64,000 nucleotides of DNA from Escherichia coli (lineage in GTDB: Bacteria > Pseudomonadota > Gammaproteobacteria > Enterobacterales > Enterobacteriaceae): the NCBI RefSeq assembly GCF_041248615.1, contig NZ_CP158426.1; one strand, written 5' to 3'. The first letter of the stretch is position 1; every line of letters starts with the position of its first letter. Position numbers and translations under genes: made by a program. Positions 20,128 to 32,033 of this stretch are shown one piece after another. The notes below the pieces were generated by a model that saw only the letters and a list, made by a program, of their open reading frames with translations, had not been told where the DNA came from and searched no databases.

Positions 20128-21341
20128 ATATTTTGCAATTTAATGTGCGACTGGCGGAAGGCGGGGCGGCAGGTGTGGCGTTAGATCTCCACCAGCGTGC
20201 GCTGCAACAGGGGCTGGCGTCACATTTTGTCTACGGCTACGGCAAAGGCGGCAAAGAGAGCGTCAGCCATCAAAACTATCCGCAGGTCATCAAACATACG
20301 CCGCAGATGACCGCGATGGCGAACATTGCCCTGTTTCGTCTGTTTAATCGCGATCTGTTTGGCAATTTCAATGAGTTATATCGCACCATTACTCGCACAC
20401 CGGGCCCGGTGGTTCTGCATTTTCATGTGCTGCACAGCTACTGGCTAAATCTTAAGAGCGTGGTGCGCTTTTGCGAAAAGGTGAAAAACCACAAACCGGA
20501 TGTCACTCTGGTCTGGACGCTGCACGATCACTGGAGCGTTACCGGACGCTGCGCCTTTACCGACGGTTGCGAAGGCTGGAAAACGGGCTGCCAGAAATGC
20601 CCGACCTTAAATAATTATCCGCCGGTGAAGATTGATCGCGCACACCAGCTGGTGGCGGGCAAACGCCAGTTATTCCGTGAGATGCTGGCGCTGGGCTGTC
20701 AGTTTATTTCCCCCAGCCAGCATGTGGCTGATGCTTTCAATAGTCTGTACGGTCCAGGGCGTTGCCGGATTATCAATAATGGCATTGATATGGCAACCGA
20801 AGCGATTCTGGCGGACTTGCCTCCGGTGCGCGAAACTCAGGGCAAGCCGAAAATCGCGGTGGTAGCGCATGACCTGCGTTACGACGGCAAAACTAACCAG
20901 CAACTGGTACGCGAGATGATGGCGCTGGGCGACAAAATCGAACTGCATACCTTTGGTAAGTTCTCGCCGTTCACCGCTGGCAACGTGGTTAATCACGGCT
21001 TTGAAACTGACAAGCGCAAGTTGATGAGCGCGCTCAATCAGATGGATGCGCTGGTATTCAGTTCTCGCGTCGATAACTACCCGCTAATTTTGTGTGAGGC
21101 GCTATCGATTGGCGTGCCGGTGATTGCCACCCATAGCGACGCGGCGCGGGAAGTGCTGCAAAAATCCGGCGGTAAAACCGTCAGTGAAGAAGACGTGCTG
21201 CAACTGGTCCAGTTAAGCAAACCGGAAATCGCGCAGGCGGTATTTGGTACCACGCTGGCTGAGTTCAGCCAGCGCAGCCGTGCCGCCTACAGTGGACAAC
21301 AGATGCTGGAGGAGTATGTCAACTTCTATCAGAATCTGTAG
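20124..21341 (+). CDS. wcaC: Colanic acid glycosyltransferase (GT-B type)
   Basis: 405 aa. Start overlaps the wcaB stop; position and sequence match WcaC. Confidence 0.88.
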   Translation: MNILQFNVRLAEGGAAGVALDLHQRALQQGLASHFVYGYGKGGKESVSHQNYPQVIKHTPQMTAMANIALFRLFNRDLFGNFNELYRTITRTPGPVVLHFHVLHSYWLNLKSVVRFCEKVKNHKPDVTLVWTLHDHWSVTGRCAFTDGCEGWKTGCQKCPTLNNYPPVKIDRAHQLVAGKRQLFREMLALGCQFISPSQHVADAFNSLYGPGRCRIINNGIDMATEAILADLPPVRETQGKPKIAVVAHDLRYDGKTNQQLVREMMALGDKIELHTFGKFSPFTAGNVVNHGFETDKRKLMSALNQMDALVFSSRVDNYPLILCEALSIGVPVIATHSDAAREVLQKSGGKTVSEEDVLQLVQLSKPEIAQAVFGTTLAEFSQRSRAAYSGQQMLEEYVNFYQNL

Positions 21342-22533
21342 CTACCTGCTGCTGCCGCTGATCTACCTGCTGGTTAACGTCAAAATCGCCCAGCTTGGTG
21401 AAAGTTTCCCCATCACCATCGTCACTTTTTTACCTGTCTTGTTACTGCTGTTTTTAGAGCGCATCAGCGTTAAAAAATTAATGATTGCCCTGGGGATTGG
21501 CGCGGGACTCACGGCGTTTAACTACCTGTTTGGTCAGTCGTTGGATGCCAGTAAATACGTCACTTCAACCATGCTGTTTGTCTATATTGTGATCATTATT
21601 GGCATGGTGTGGAGTATTCGCTTTAAAACGATTTCGCCCCACAACCACCGCAAGATATTACGCTTTTTTTATCTGGTGGTCGGGTTGGTGGTGGCGCTGG
21701 CGGCGGTGGAGATGGCGCAAATTATCCTCACCGGCGGCAGCAGTATTATGGAATCGATTTCGAAATATCTGATTTACAGCAACAGCTATGTGCTGAATTT
21801 CATCAAATTCGGCGGCAAGCGCACGACAGCACTTTATTTCGAACCGGCATTTTTCGCTCTGGCATTAATCTCAATTTGGCTCAGCATCAAACAGTTTGGT
21901 ATCAAAACGCCTAAAACCGATGCTATGATTCTCGCAGGGATAATATTATCCGGATCGTTTTCAGGGGTTATGACCTTTATCCTGTTTTATTTGCTGGAGT
22001 GGGCATTTCAATATCTGAATAAAGAGGCGATTAAGAAAAAGTTACCGTTAGCATTGATTTCTCTGGCTGTATTCCTGGTTGGTGTGGTAATTGCATTTCC
22101 TTATATTTCCACCCGTCTGGGTGATTTAGGCACGGAAGGATCGTCATCGTATTATCGTATTGTCGGTCCGCTGGTGATGGTCGGTTATTCTTTGACCCAT
22201 ATTGACGGTGTAGTCAGATTTGGCTCACTTTATGAATATGTCGCATCATTCGGAATATTTAACGGTGCGGATGTCGGAAAAACCATAGACAATGGTTTGT
22301 ATCTGCTGATTATTTATTTTTCCTGGTTCGCAGTGTTTTTATCGCTGTGGTACATGGGGAAAGTGATAAAAATGATGATCAACGCTTTTGGTGATAACCG
22401 CAATTTTCGCGTGCAATTATATCTTTTTACTCCGGTATCGCTGTTTTTTACCGGTTCGATATTTAGCCCGGAATATGCATTTTTAATCGTCTGTCCGTTT
22501 ATTTTGCGAAAAGCGTTAAATATTACGAGGTAA
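21316..22533 (+). CDS. wcaD: Colanic acid polymerase (Wzy-type polytopic membrane protein)
   Basis: Track ORF 21244..22533 trimmed to ATG 21316 ([15 protein letters not shown]), giving 405 aa. Many TM helices. Confidence 0.88.
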   Translation: MSTSIRICSYLLLPLIYLLVNVKIAQLGESFPITIVTFLPVLLLLFLERISVKKLMIALGIGAGLTAFNYLFGQSLDASKYVTSTMLFVYIVIIIGMVWSIRFKTISPHNHRKILRFFYLVVGLVVALAAVEMAQIILTGGSSIMESISKYLIYSNSYVLNFIKFGGKRTTALYFEPAFFALALISIWLSIKQFGIKTPKTDAMILAGIILSGSFSGVMTFILFYLLEWAFQYLNKEAIKKKLPLALISLAVFLVGVVIAFPYISTRLGDLGTEGSSSYYRIVGPLVMVGYSLTHIDGVVRFGSLYEYVASFGIFNGADVGKTIDNGLYLLIIYFSWFAVFLSLWYMGKVIKMMINAFGDNRNFRVQLYLFTPVSLFFTGSIFSPEYAFLIVCPFILRKALNITR

Positions 22534-22543
22534 GAATAAGAAC

Positions 22544-23290
22544 ATGTTGCTTAGCATAATCACTGTCGCGTTTCGTAACCTCGCAGGGATAGTCAAAACA
22601 CACGCCTCGCTGGCGCATCTGGCGCAGGCGGACGATATCAGCTTCGAATGGATTGTTGTCGATGGCGGTTCCAATGACGGCACCTGTGAGTACCTGGAAA
22701 ATCTCAAGGGTATCTATAACCTACGCTTTGTCAGCGAGCCAGATAACGGTATCTACGACGCCATGAACAAAGGCATTGCGATGGCACAAGGCAAGTTCGC
22801 GTTGTTTCTCAACTCAGGTGATATTTTTCATCAGGATGCCGCAAATTTTGTCCGTAAGTTAAAAGTACAAAAAGATAACGTGATGATCACTGGCGATGCG
22901 CTGCTGGATTTTGGCGACGGGCATAAAATTAAACGTAGCGCCAAACCGGGCTGGTATATTTATCACAGCCTGCCCGCCAGTCATCAGGCGATATTTTTCC
23001 CGGTATCCGGCTTGAAAAAATGGCGTTATGACCTGGAATATAAAGTTTCGTCCGACTACGCGCTGGCGGCCAAAATGTATAAAGCCGGTTATGCATTTAA
23101 AAAACTCAATGGTCTGGTGTCTGAATTTTCCATGGGTGGGGTATCTACCACCAATAATATGGAATTGTGTGCTGACGCCAAAAAAGTCCAACGGCAGATA
23201 TTGCACGTGCCTGGCTTCTGGGCTGAATTATCCTGGCATTTACGCCAACGTACTACCTCAAAGACGAAAGCCTTATATAACAAAAGCTGA
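22544..23290 (+). CDS. wcaE: Colanic acid glycosyltransferase (GT2)
   Basis: 248 aa with SIITVAFRN and [13 protein letters not shown] motifs. Confidence 0.9.
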   Translation: MLLSIITVAFRNLAGIVKTHASLAHLAQADDISFEWIVVDGGSNDGTCEYLENLKGIYNLRFVSEPDNGIYDAMNKGIAMAQGKFALFLNSGDIFHQDAANFVRKLKVQKDNVMITGDALLDFGDGHKIKRSAKPGWYIYHSLPASHQAIFFPVSGLKKWRYDLEYKVSSDYALAAKMYKAGYAFKKLNGLVSEFSMGGVSTTNNMELCADAKKVQRQILHVPGFWAELSWHLRQRTTSKTKALYNKS

Positions 23291-23305
23291 ATATAAGGGA
23301 AAACG

Positions 23306-23854
23306 ATGCAAGATTTAAGCGGTTTCTCGGTACCGAAAGGGTTCCGGGGCAGCAATGCTATTAAAGTGCAATTGTGGTGGGCGGTACAGGCAACAATATT
23401 TTCCTGGTCGCCACAAGTATTGTATCGCTGGCGGGCTTTTTTATTACGTTTATTCGGCGCAAAAATAGGAAAAAACGTAGTTATTCGTCCGTCAGTAAAA
23501 ATTACCTATCCGTGGAAATTAACCTTAGGTGATTACGCGTGGGTCGGCGATGAGGTCAATTTATATACCCTCGGTGAAATAACCATTGGCGCACATTCGG
23601 TGATATCGCAAAAAAGTTATTTATGCACCGGGAGCCACGACCATGCAAGTCAACATTTCACCATTAACGCCACGCCTATTGTGATTGGCGATAAATGCTG
23701 GCTGGCAACCGATGTTTTTGTTGCCCCTGGCGTCACGATTGGCGACGGCACCGTCGTGGGTGCGCGAAGCAGTGTTTTTAAATCGCTTCCGGCAAATGTG
23801 GTTTGCCGGGGGAATCCCGCAGTGGTGATACGCGAACGCGTTGAAACTGAATAA
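23306..23854 (+). CDS. wcaF: Colanic acid O-acetyltransferase (hexapeptide repeat)
   Basis: 182 aa with hexapeptide repeats (VAPGVTIGDGTVVGARSSV). Confidence 0.9.
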   Translation: MQDLSGFSVPKGFRGSNAIKVQLWWAVQATIFSWSPQVLYRWRAFLLRLFGAKIGKNVVIRPSVKITYPWKLTLGDYAWVGDEVNLYTLGEITIGAHSVISQKSYLCTGSHDHASQHFTINATPIVIGDKCWLATDVFVAPGVTIGDGTVVGARSSVFKSLPANVVCRGNPAVVIRERVETE

Positions 23855-23880
23855 ATTCAAAAAATACAGAGGAATAAGGC

Positions 23881-25002
23881 ATGTCAAAAGTCGCTCTCAT
23901 CACCGGTGTAACCGGACAAGACGGTTCTTACCTGGCAGAGTTTCTGCTGGAAAAAGGTTACGAGGTGCATGGTATTAAGCGTCGTGCATCGTCATTCAAC
24001 ACCGAGCGCGTGGATCATATTTATCAGGATCCGCACACCTGCAACCCGAAATTCCATCTGCATTATGGCGACCTGAGTGATACCTCCAACCTGACGCGCA
24101 TTTTGCGTGAAGTACAGCCGGATGAAGTGTACAACCTGGGTGCAATGAGCCACGTTGCAGTTTCTTTTGAGTCACCGGAATATACCGCAGACGTCGATGC
24201 GATGGGTACGCTGCGCCTGCTGGAGGCGATCCGCTTCCTCGGTCTGGAAAAGAAAACCCGTTTTTATCAGGCTTCCACCTCTGAACTGTACGGTCTGGTG
24301 CAGGAAATTCCGCAGAAAGAGACCACGCCGTTCTATCCGCGATCTCCGTATGCGGTCGCCAAACTGTATGCCTACTGGATCACCGTTAACTACCGCGAAT
24401 CCTACGGCATGTACGCCTGTAACGGTATTCTCTTCAACCATGAATCCCCGCGCCGCGGCGAAACCTTCGTTACCCGCAAAATCACCCGCGCAATCGCCAA
24501 CATCGCCCAGGGGCTGGAGTCGTGCCTGTACCTCGGCAATATGGATTCCCTGCGTGACTGGGGCCATGCCAAAGACTACGTAAAAATGCAGTGGATGATG
24601 CTGCAACAGGAACAGCCGGAAGATTTCGTTATCGCTACCGGCGTTCAGTACTCCGTGCGTCAGTTCGTGGAAATGGCGGCAGCACAGCTGGGCATCAAAC
24701 TGCGCTTTGAAGGCACGGGCGTTGAAGAGAAGGGCATTGTGGTTTCCGTCACCGGGCATGACGCGCCGGGCGTTAAACCGGGCGATGTGATTATCGCCGT
24801 TGACCCGCGTTACTTCCGTCCGGCGGAAGTTGAAACGCTGCTCGGCGACCCGACCAAAGCGCACGAAAAACTGGGCTGGAAACCGGAAATCACCCTCAGA
24901 GAGATGGTGTCTGAAATGGTGGCTAATGACCTCGAAGCGGCGAAAAAACACTCTCTGCTGAAATCTCACGGCTACGACGTGGCGATCGCGCTGGAGTCAT
25001 AA
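23881..25002 (+). CDS. gmd: GDP-mannose 4,6-dehydratase
   Basis: 373 aa. SDR Rossmann [10 protein letters not shown] and catalytic YAVAK. Confidence 0.95.
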
Positions 25003-25004
25003 GC

Positions 25005-25970
25005 ATGAGTAAACAACGCATTTTTATCGCTGGCCATCGCGGAATGGTCGGTTCCGCCATCAGGCGACAGCTCGAACAGCGCGGTGATGTGGAGCTGGTA
25101 TTACGCACCCGCGATGAACTGAACCTGCTGGACAGCCGCGCGGTGCATGATTTCTTTGCCAGCGAAAGCATTGACCAGGTCTATCTGGCGGCGGCGAAAG
25201 TGGGCGGCATTGTTGCCAACAACACCTATCCGGCGGATTTCATCTATCAGAACATGATGATTGAGAGCAACATCATTCACGCCGCGCATCAGAACGACGT
25301 GAACAAACTGCTGTTTCTCGGATCGTCCTGTATCTACCCGAAACTGGCAAAACAGCCGATGGCAGAAAGCGAGTTATTGCAGGGTACGCTGGAGCCGACC
25401 AACGAGCCTTACGCCATTGCCAAAATCGCCGGGATCAAACTGTGCGAATCTTACAACCGCCAGTACGGACGCGATTACCGCTCGGTCATGCCGACCAACC
25501 TGTACGGGCCGCACGACAACTTCCATCCGAGTAACTCGCATGTGATCCCAGCATTGCTGCGTCGCTTCCACGAGGCGACGGCACAGAATGCGCCGGACGT
25601 GGTGGTGTGGGGCAGTGGTACACCGATGCGCGAATTTCTGCATGTCGATGATATGGCGGCGGCAAGCATTCATGTGATGGAGCTGGCGCACGAAGTCTGG
25701 CTGGAGAACACCCAGCCGATGCTGTCGCACATTAACGTCGGCACGGGCGTTGACTGCACTATCCGCGAGCTTGCGCAAACCATCGCCAAAGTGGTGGGTT
25801 ACAAAGGTCGGGTGGTTTTTGATGCCAGTAAACCGGATGGTACGCCGCGCAAACTGCTGGATGTGACGCGCCTGCATCAGCTTGGCTGGTATCACGAAAT
25901 CTCACTGGAAGCGGGGCTTGCCAGCACTTACCAGTGGTTCCTTGAGAATCAAGACCGCTTTCGGGGGTAA
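25005..25970 (+). CDS. fcl: GDP-L-fucose synthase (GDP-4-keto-6-deoxymannose epimerase/reductase)
   Basis: 321 aa with GHRGMVGSA and YAIAK. Recognised as Fcl/WcaG. Confidence 0.95.
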   Translation: MSKQRIFIAGHRGMVGSAIRRQLEQRGDVELVLRTRDELNLLDSRAVHDFFASESIDQVYLAAAKVGGIVANNTYPADFIYQNMMIESNIIHAAHQNDVNKLLFLGSSCIYPKLAKQPMAESELLQGTLEPTNEPYAIAKIAGIKLCESYNRQYGRDYRSVMPTNLYGPHDNFHPSNSHVIPALLRRFHEATAQNAPDVVVWGSGTPMREFLHVDDMAAASIHVMELAHEVWLENTQPMLSHINVGTGVDCTIRELAQTIAKVVGYKGRVVFDASKPDGTPRKLLDVTRLHQLGWYHEISLEAGLASTYQWFLENQDRFRG

Positions 25971-25972
25971 TG

Positions 25973-26452
25973 ATGTTTTTACGTCAGGAAGACTTTGCCA
26001 CGGTAGTGCGCTCCACACCGCTTGTCTCTCTCGACTTTATTGTCGAGAACAGTCGCGGCGAGTTTCTGCTTGGCAAAAGAACCAACCGCCCGGCGCAGGG
26101 TTACTGGTTTGTGCCGGGAGGGCGCGTGCAGAAAGACGAAACGCTGGAAGCCGCATTTGAGCGGCTGACGATGGCGGAACTGGGGCTGCGTCTGCCAATA
26201 ACAGCAGGCCAGTTTTACGGTGTCTGGCAGCACTTTTATGACGATAACTTCTCCGGCACGGATTTCACCACTCACTATGTGGTGCTCGGTTTTCGCTTCA
26301 GAGTAGTGGAAGAAGAGCTGTTACTGCCGGATGAGCAGCATGACGATTACCGCTGGCTGACGCCGTACGCACTGCTCGCCAGTAACGATGTTCACGCTAA
26401 CAGCCGCGCCTATTTTCTCGCTGAGAAGCGTGCCGGAGTACCCGGATTATGA
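25973..26452 (+). CDS. gmm: GDP-mannose mannosyl hydrolase (Nudix)
   Basis: Nudix box [23 protein letters not shown]. The second ATG of an ATGATG pair (25970/25973) was chosen, giving 159 aa. Confidence 0.9.
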   Translation: MFLRQEDFATVVRSTPLVSLDFIVENSRGEFLLGKRTNRPAQGYWFVPGGRVQKDETLEAAFERLTMAELGLRLPITAGQFYGVWQHFYDDNFSGTDFTTHYVVLGFRFRVVEEELLLPDEQHDDYRWLTPYALLASNDVHANSRAYFLAEKRAGVPGL

Positions 26453-27672
26453 AAATACTGGTCTACGGCATTAACTACTCGCCGGAGTTAACCGGCATCG
26501 GCAAATACACCGGCGAGATGGTGGAATGGCTGGCGGCACAAGGTTATGAGGTGCGGGTCATTACCGCACCGCCTTACTACCCGCAATGGCAGGTGGGCGA
26601 GAACTATTCCGCCTGGCGGTACAAACGAGAAGAGGGGGCCGCTACGGTGTGGCGCTGCCCGCTGTACGTGCCAAAACAGCCGAGCACCCTGAAACGCCTG
26701 TTGCATCTCGGCAGTTTTGCCGTCAGCAGTTTTTTCCCGTTGATGGCGCAACGTCGCTGGAAGCCGGATCGCATTATCGGCGTAGTGCCAACGCTGTTTT
26801 GCACGCCGGGAATGCGCCTGCTGGCGAAATTCTCTGGCGCGCGTACCGTGCTGCATATTCAGGATTACGAAGTGGACGCCATGCTGGGGCTGGGCTTTGC
26901 CGGAAAAGGCAAAGGCGGCAAAGTGGCACAGCTGGCAACGGCGTTCGAACGTAGCGGACTGCATAACGTCGATAACGTCTCCACGATTTCGCGTTCGATG
27001 ATGAATAAAGCCATCGAAAAAGGCGTGGCGGCAGAAAACGTCATTTTCTTCCCCAACTGGTCAGAAATTGCCCGTTTTCAGCATGTCGCAGACGCCGATG
27101 TTGATGACCTTCGTAACCAGCTTGGCCTGCCGGATAACAAAAAAATCATTCTTTACTCCGGCAATATTGGTGAAAAGCAGGGGCTGGAAAACGTTATTGA
27201 AGCTGCCGAACGTCTGCGCGATGAACCGCTGATTTTTGCCATTGTTGGGCAGGGCGGCGGCAAAGCGCGGCTGGAAAAAATGGCGCAGCAGCGTGGACTG
27301 CGCAACATGCAATTTTTCCCGCTGCAATCGTATAACGCTTTACCCGCACTGCTGAAGATGGGCGATTGCCATCTGGTGGTGCAAAAACGCGGCGCGGCAG
27401 ATGCCGTATTGCCGTCGAAACTGACCAATATTCTGGCGGTAGGCGGTAACGCGGTGATTACCGCAGAAGCCCACACCGAACTGGGGCAGCTTTGCGAAAC
27501 CTTTCCGGGCATTGCGGTTTGCGTAGAACCGGAATCGGTCGAGGCGCTGGTGGCGGGGATCCGTCAGGCGCTCCTGCTGCCCAAACACAACACGGTGGCA
27601 CGTGAATATGCCGAACGCACGCTCGATAAAGAGAACGTGTTACGTCAATTTATAAATGATATTCGGGGATAA
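26449..27672 (+). CDS. wcaI: Colanic acid glycosyltransferase (GT-B type)
   Basis: 407 aa. Start overlaps the gmm stop. Recognised as WcaI. Confidence 0.9.
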   Translation: MKILVYGINYSPELTGIGKYTGEMVEWLAAQGYEVRVITAPPYYPQWQVGENYSAWRYKREEGAATVWRCPLYVPKQPSTLKRLLHLGSFAVSSFFPLMAQRRWKPDRIIGVVPTLFCTPGMRLLAKFSGARTVLHIQDYEVDAMLGLGFAGKGKGGKVAQLATAFERSGLHNVDNVSTISRSMMNKAIEKGVAAENVIFFPNWSEIARFQHVADADVDDLRNQLGLPDNKKIILYSGNIGEKQGLENVIEAAERLRDEPLIFAIVGQGGGKARLEKMAQQRGLRNMQFFPLQSYNALPALLKMGDCHLVVQKRGAADAVLPSKLTNILAVGGNAVITAEAHTELGQLCETFPGIAVCVEPESVEALVAGIRQALLLPKHNTVAREYAERTLDKENVLRQFINDIRG

Positions 27673-27674
27673 TT

Positions 27675-29111
27675 ATGGCGCAGTCGAAACTCTATCCAGT
27701 TGTGATGGCAGGTGGCTCCGGTAGCCGCTTATGGCCGCTTTCCCGCGTACTTTACCCCAAGCAGTTTTTATGCCTGAAAGGCGATCTCACCATGCTGCAA
27801 ACCACCATCTGCCGCCTGAACGGCGTGGAGTGCGAAAGCCCGGTGGTGATTTGCAATGAGCAGCACCGCTTTATTGTCGCGGAACAGCTGCGTCAACTGA
27901 ACAAACTCACCGAGAATATTATTCTCGAACCGGCAGGGCGTAACACTGCACCTGCCATTGCACTGGCGGCGCTGGCGGCAAAACGTCATAGCCCGGAGAG
28001 CGACCCATTAATGCTGGTGCTGGCGGCGGATCATGTGATTGCCGATGAAGACGCTTTTCGCACCGCCGTGCGTAATGCTATGCCATATGCCGAAGCGGGC
28101 AAGCTGGTGACCTTCGGCATTGTGCCGGATCTACCAGAAACCGGTTATGGCTATATTCGTCGCGGTGAAGTGTCTGCGGGTGAGCAGGATACGGTGGCCT
28201 TTGAAGTGGCGCAGTTTGTCGAAAAACCAAATCTGGAAACCGCTCAGGCCTATGTGGCAAGCGGCGAATATTACTGGAACAGCGGTATGTTCCTGTTCCG
28301 CGCCGGACGCTATCTCGAAGAACTGAAAAAATATCGCCCGGATATTCTCGACGCCTGTGAAAAAGCGATGAGCGCCGTCGATCCGGATCTCGATTTTATT
28401 CGCGTGGATGAAGAAGCGTTTCTGGCCTGCCCGGAAGAGTCGGTGGATTACGCGGTCATGGAACGTACGGCAGATGCCGTTGTGGTGCCGATGGATGCGG
28501 GCTGGAGCGATGTCGGTTCCTGGTCTTCATTATGGGAGATCAGCGCCCACACCGCCGAGGGCAACGTTTGCCACGGCGATGTGATTAATCACAAAACTGA
28601 AAACAGCTATGTGTATGCCGAATCTGGCCTGGTCACCACCGTCGGGGTGAAAGATTTGGTGGTAGTGCAGACCAAAGATGCGGTGCTGATTGCCGACCGT
28701 AACGCGGTGCAGGATGTGAAAAAAGTGGTCGAGCAGATCAAAGCCGATGGTCGCCATGAGCATCGGGTGCATCGCGAAGTGTATCGCCCGTGGGGCAAAT
28801 ATGACTCTATCGACGCGGGCGACCGCTACCAGGTGAAACGCATCACCGTGAAACCGGGCGAAGGTTTGTCGGTACAGATGCATCATCACCGCGCGGAACA
28901 CTGGGTGGTTGTCGCGGGAACGGCAAAAGTCACTATCGACGGTGATATCAAACTGCTTGGTGAAAACGAGTCCATTTATATTCCGCTGGGGGCGACGCAT
29001 TGCCTGGAAAACCCGGGGAAAATTCCGCTCGATTTAATTGAAGTGCGCTCCGGCTCTTATCTCGAAGAGGATGATGTGGTGCGCTTCGCGGATCGCTACG
29101 GACGGGTGTAG
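27675..29111 (+). CDS. cpsB: Mannose-1-phosphate guanylyltransferase (colanic acid copy)
   Basis: 478 aa. Nucleotidyltransferase motif [12 protein letters not shown] and a C-terminal cupin ([11 protein letters not shown]). Confidence 0.95.
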   Translation: MAQSKLYPVVMAGGSGSRLWPLSRVLYPKQFLCLKGDLTMLQTTICRLNGVECESPVVICNEQHRFIVAEQLRQLNKLTENIILEPAGRNTAPAIALAALAAKRHSPESDPLMLVLAADHVIADEDAFRTAVRNAMPYAEAGKLVTFGIVPDLPETGYGYIRRGEVSAGEQDTVAFEVAQFVEKPNLETAQAYVASGEYYWNSGMFLFRAGRYLEELKKYRPDILDACEKAMSAVDPDLDFIRVDEEAFLACPEESVDYAVMERTADAVVVPMDAGWSDVGSWSSLWEISAHTAEGNVCHGDVINHKTENSYVYAESGLVTTVGVKDLVVVQTKDAVLIADRNAVQDVKKVVEQIKADGRHEHRVHREVYRPWGKYDSIDAGDRYQVKRITVKPGEGLSVQMHHHRAEHWVVVAGTAKVTIDGDIKLLGENESIYIPLGATHCLENPGKIPLDLIEVRSGSYLEEDDVVRFADRYGRV

Positions 29112-29212
29112 CAGTTGAATAATCAACCGGATTAATTCTCCGGTAAATAACGACAAAAACAAAATTGGCCGTTTCGGTCAGGGCCAACTATTGCCTGAAA
29201 AAGGGTAACGAT

Positions 29213-30583
29213 ATGAAAAAATTAACCTGCTTTAAAGCCTATGATATTCGCGGGAAATTAGGCGAAGAACTGAATGAAGATATCGCCTGGCGCATTGGTC
29301 GCGCCTATGGCGAATTTCTCAAACCGAAAACCATTGTGTTAGGTGGTGATGCCCGCCTCACCAGCGAAACCTTAAAACTGGCGCTGGCGAAAGGTTTACA
29401 GGATGCGGGCGTCGATGTGCTGGATATCGGCATGTCCGGCACCGAAGAGATCTATTTCGCCACGTTCCATCTCGGCGTGGATGGCGGCATCGAAGTTACC
29501 GCCAGCCATAACCCGATGGATTACAACGGCATGAAACTGGTGCGCGAAGGGGCTCACCCGATCAGCGGTGATACCGGACTGCGCGATGTCCAGCGTCTGG
29601 CAGAAGCCAACGACTTCCCTCCCGTTGATGAAACCAAACGCGGTCGCTATCAGCAAATCAATCTGCGTGACGCTTACGTTGATCACCTGTTCGGTTATAT
29701 CAACGTCAAAAACCTCACGTCGCTCAAGCTGGTGATCAACTCCGGGAACGGCGCGGCGGGTCCGGTGGTGGACGCCATTGAAGCCCGCTTTAAAGCCCTC
29801 GGCGCACCGGTGGAATTAATCAAAGTACACAACACGCCGGACGGCAATTTCCCCAACGGTATTCCTAACCCGCTACTGCCGGAATGCCGCGACGACACCC
29901 GCAATGCGGTCATCAAACACGGCGCGGATATGGGCATTGCCTTTGATGGCGATTTTGACCGCTGTTTCCTGTTTGACGAAAAAGGGCAGTTTATCGAGGG
30001 CTACTACATTGTCGGCCTGCTGGCAGAAGCGTTCCTCGAAAAAAATCCCGGCGCGAAGATCATCCACGATCCACGTCTCTCCTGGAACACCGTTGATGTG
30101 GTGACTGCCGCAGGCGGCACCCCGGTAATGTCGAAAACCGGACACGCCTTTATTAAAGAACGGATGCGCAAGGAAGACGCCATCTACGGTGGCGAAATGA
30201 GCGCCCACCATTACTTCCGTGATTTTGCCTACTGCGACAGCGGCATGATCCCGTGGCTGCTGGTCGCCGAACTGGTGTGCCTGAAAGGGAAAACGCTGGG
30301 CGAACTGGTGCGCGACCGGATGGCAGCGTTTCCGGCAAGCGGTGAGATCAACAGCAAACTGGCGCAACCCGTTGAGGCAATTAATCGCGTCGAACAGCAT
30401 TTTAGCCGTGAGGCGCTGGCGGTGGATCGCACCGATGGCATCAGTATGACCTTTGCCGACTGGCGCTTTAACCTGCGCTCCTCCAACACCGAACCGGTGG
30501 TGCGGTTGAATGTGGAATCACGCGGTGATGTGCCGCTGATGGAAGCGCGAACGCGAACTCTGCTGACGTTGCTGAACGAGTAA
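29213..30583 (+). CDS. cpsG: Phosphomannomutase (colanic acid copy)
   Basis: Track ORF 29165..30583 trimmed to ATG 29213 ([14 protein letters not shown]), giving 456 aa. Phosphohexomutase active site TASHNP. Confidence 0.95.
   Translation: MKKLTCFKAYDIRGKLGEELNEDIAWRIGRAYGEFLKPKTIVLGGDARLTSETLKLALAKGLQDAGVDVLDIGMSGTEEIYFATFHLGVDGGIEVTASHNPMDYNGMKLVREGAHPISGDTGLRDVQRLAEANDFPPVDETKRGRYQQINLRDAYVDHLFGYINVKNLTSLKLVINSGNGAAGPVVDAIEARFKALGAPVELIKVHNTPDGNFPNGIPNPLLPECRDDTRNAVIKHGADMGIAFDGDFDRCFLFDEKGQFIEGYYIVGLLAEAFLEKNPGAKIIHDPRLSWNTVDVVTAAGGTPVMSKTGHAFIKERMRKEDAIYGGEMSAHHYFRDFAYCDSGMIPWLLVAELVCLKGKTLGELVRDRMAAFPASGEINSKLAQPVEAINRVEQHFSREALAVDRTDGISMTFADWRFNLRSSNTEPVVRLNVESRGDVPLMEARTRTLLTLLNE
29222..30545 (+). 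repeat. Copy 1 of a ~1.3-kb direct repeat (cpsG body) shared with O-cluster manB
   Basis: Aligns by eye with 51647..52970 at a constant offset of 22425 nt. The translations differ at 4 residues before the last 12 codons, and nucleotide differences are scattered. Confidence 0.85.
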
Positions 30584-30637
30584 TGTCGGATCTTCCCTTA
30601 CCCCATTGCGGGTAAGGGGCTAATAACAGGAACAACG

Positions 30638-32032
30638 ATGACAAATCTAAAAAAGCGCGAGCGAGCGAAAACCAATGCATCGTTAATCTCTATGGTGCAA
30701 CGCTTTTCAGATATCACCATCATGTTTGCCGGACTATGGCTGGTTTGCGAAGTCAGCGGACTGTCATTCCTCTACATGCACCTGTTGGTGGCGCTGATTA
30801 CGCTGGTGGTGTTCCAGATGCTGGGCGGCATCACCGATTTTTATCGCTCATGGCGCGGTGTTCGGGCAGCGACAGAATTTGCCCTGTTGCTACAAAACTG
30901 GACGTTAAGCGTGATTTTCAGCGCCGGACTGGTGGCGTTTAACAATGATTTCGACACGCAACTGAAAATCTGGCTGGCGTGGTATGGGCTGACCAGCATC
31001 GGACTGGTGGTTTGCCGTTCATGTATTCGCATTGGGGCGGGCTGGCTGCGTAATCATGGCTATAACAAGCGCATGGTCGCGGTGGCGGGGGATTTAGCCG
31101 CCGGACAAATGCTGATGGAGAGCTTCCGTAATCAGCCGTGGTTAGGGTTTGAAGTGGTGGGCGTTTACCACGACCCGAAACCGGGTGGCGTTTCTAACGA
31201 CTGGGCGGGCAATCTGCAACAGCTGGTCGAGGATGCGAAAGCGGGCAAGATTCATAACGTCTATATCGCGATGCAAATGTGCGACGGCGCGCGAGTGAAA
31301 AAACTGGTCCATCAATTGGCGGACACCACCTGTTCGGTGCTGCTGATCCCCGATGTCTTTACCTTCAACATTCTCCATTCCCGTATCGAAGAGATGAACG
31401 GCGTACCGGTGGTGCCGCTTTACGATACGCCGCTTTCCGGGGTTAACCGCCTGATAAAACGTGCGGAAGACATTGTGCTGGCGACGCTTATCCTGCTGCT
31501 GATCTCCCCGGTGCTGTGCTGTATTGCGCTGGCGGTAAAACTCAGTTCACCAGGACCGGTTATTTTCCGCCAGACTCGCTACGGCATGGATGGCAAGCCG
31601 ATCAAAGTGTGGAAGTTCCGTTCGATGAAAGTGATGGAGAACGACAAAGTGGTAACTCAGGCGACGCAGAACGATCCGCGCGTCACCAAAGTGGGGAACT
31701 TTCTGCGCCGCACCTCGCTGGATGAATTGCCGCAGTTTATCAATGTGCTGACCGGGGGGATGTCGATTGTCGGTCCACGTCCACACGCGGTGGCGCATAA
31801 CGAACAGTATCGCCAGCTCATTGAAGGCTACATGCTGCGCCATAAGGTGAAACCGGGCATTACCGGCTGGGCGCAGATTAATGGCTGGCGTGGCGAAACC
31901 GACACGCTGGAGAAAATGGAAAAACGCGTCGAGTTCGACCTTGAGTACATCCGCGAATGGAGCGTCTGGTTCGATATCAAAATCGTTTTCCTGACGGTGT
32001 TCAAAGGTTTCGTTAACAAAGCGGCATATTGA
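30638..32032 (+). CDS. wcaJ: Undecaprenyl-phosphate glucose-1-phosphate transferase (initiating enzyme)
   Basis: 464 aa. Polytopic N-half plus a bacterial sugar-transferase C-domain (GMSIVGPRPHAV, KPGITGWAQ). Confidence 0.93.
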   Translation: MTNLKKRERAKTNASLISMVQRFSDITIMFAGLWLVCEVSGLSFLYMHLLVALITLVVFQMLGGITDFYRSWRGVRAATEFALLLQNWTLSVIFSAGLVAFNNDFDTQLKIWLAWYGLTSIGLVVCRSCIRIGAGWLRNHGYNKRMVAVAGDLAAGQMLMESFRNQPWLGFEVVGVYHDPKPGGVSNDWAGNLQQLVEDAKAGKIHNVYIAMQMCDGARVKKLVHQLADTTCSVLLIPDVFTFNILHSRIEEMNGVPVVPLYDTPLSGVNRLIKRAEDIVLATLILLLISPVLCCIALAVKLSSPGPVIFRQTRYGMDGKPIKVWKFRSMKVMENDKVVTQATQNDPRVTKVGNFLRRTSLDELPQFINVLTGGMSIVGPRPHAVAHNEQYRQLIEGYMLRHKVKPGITGWAQINGWRGETDTLEKMEKRVEFDLEYIREWSVWFDIKIVFLTVFKGFVNKAAY

Positions 32033-32033
32033 T

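Noticed and set aside
24172-24969. Long antisense ORFs inside gmd (265 aa). Similar cases lie inside wcaK (33929-34711, 260 aa), wzc (16779-17363), wcaJ (31547-32146), cpsG/manB (29873-30400, 52241-52825) and hisB (60566-61075).
   Set aside because: All are nested opposite confidently identified genes in GC-rich DNA. They have Arg/Gln/His-rich nonsense-like composition and no independent signals. I treated them as shadow ORFs.
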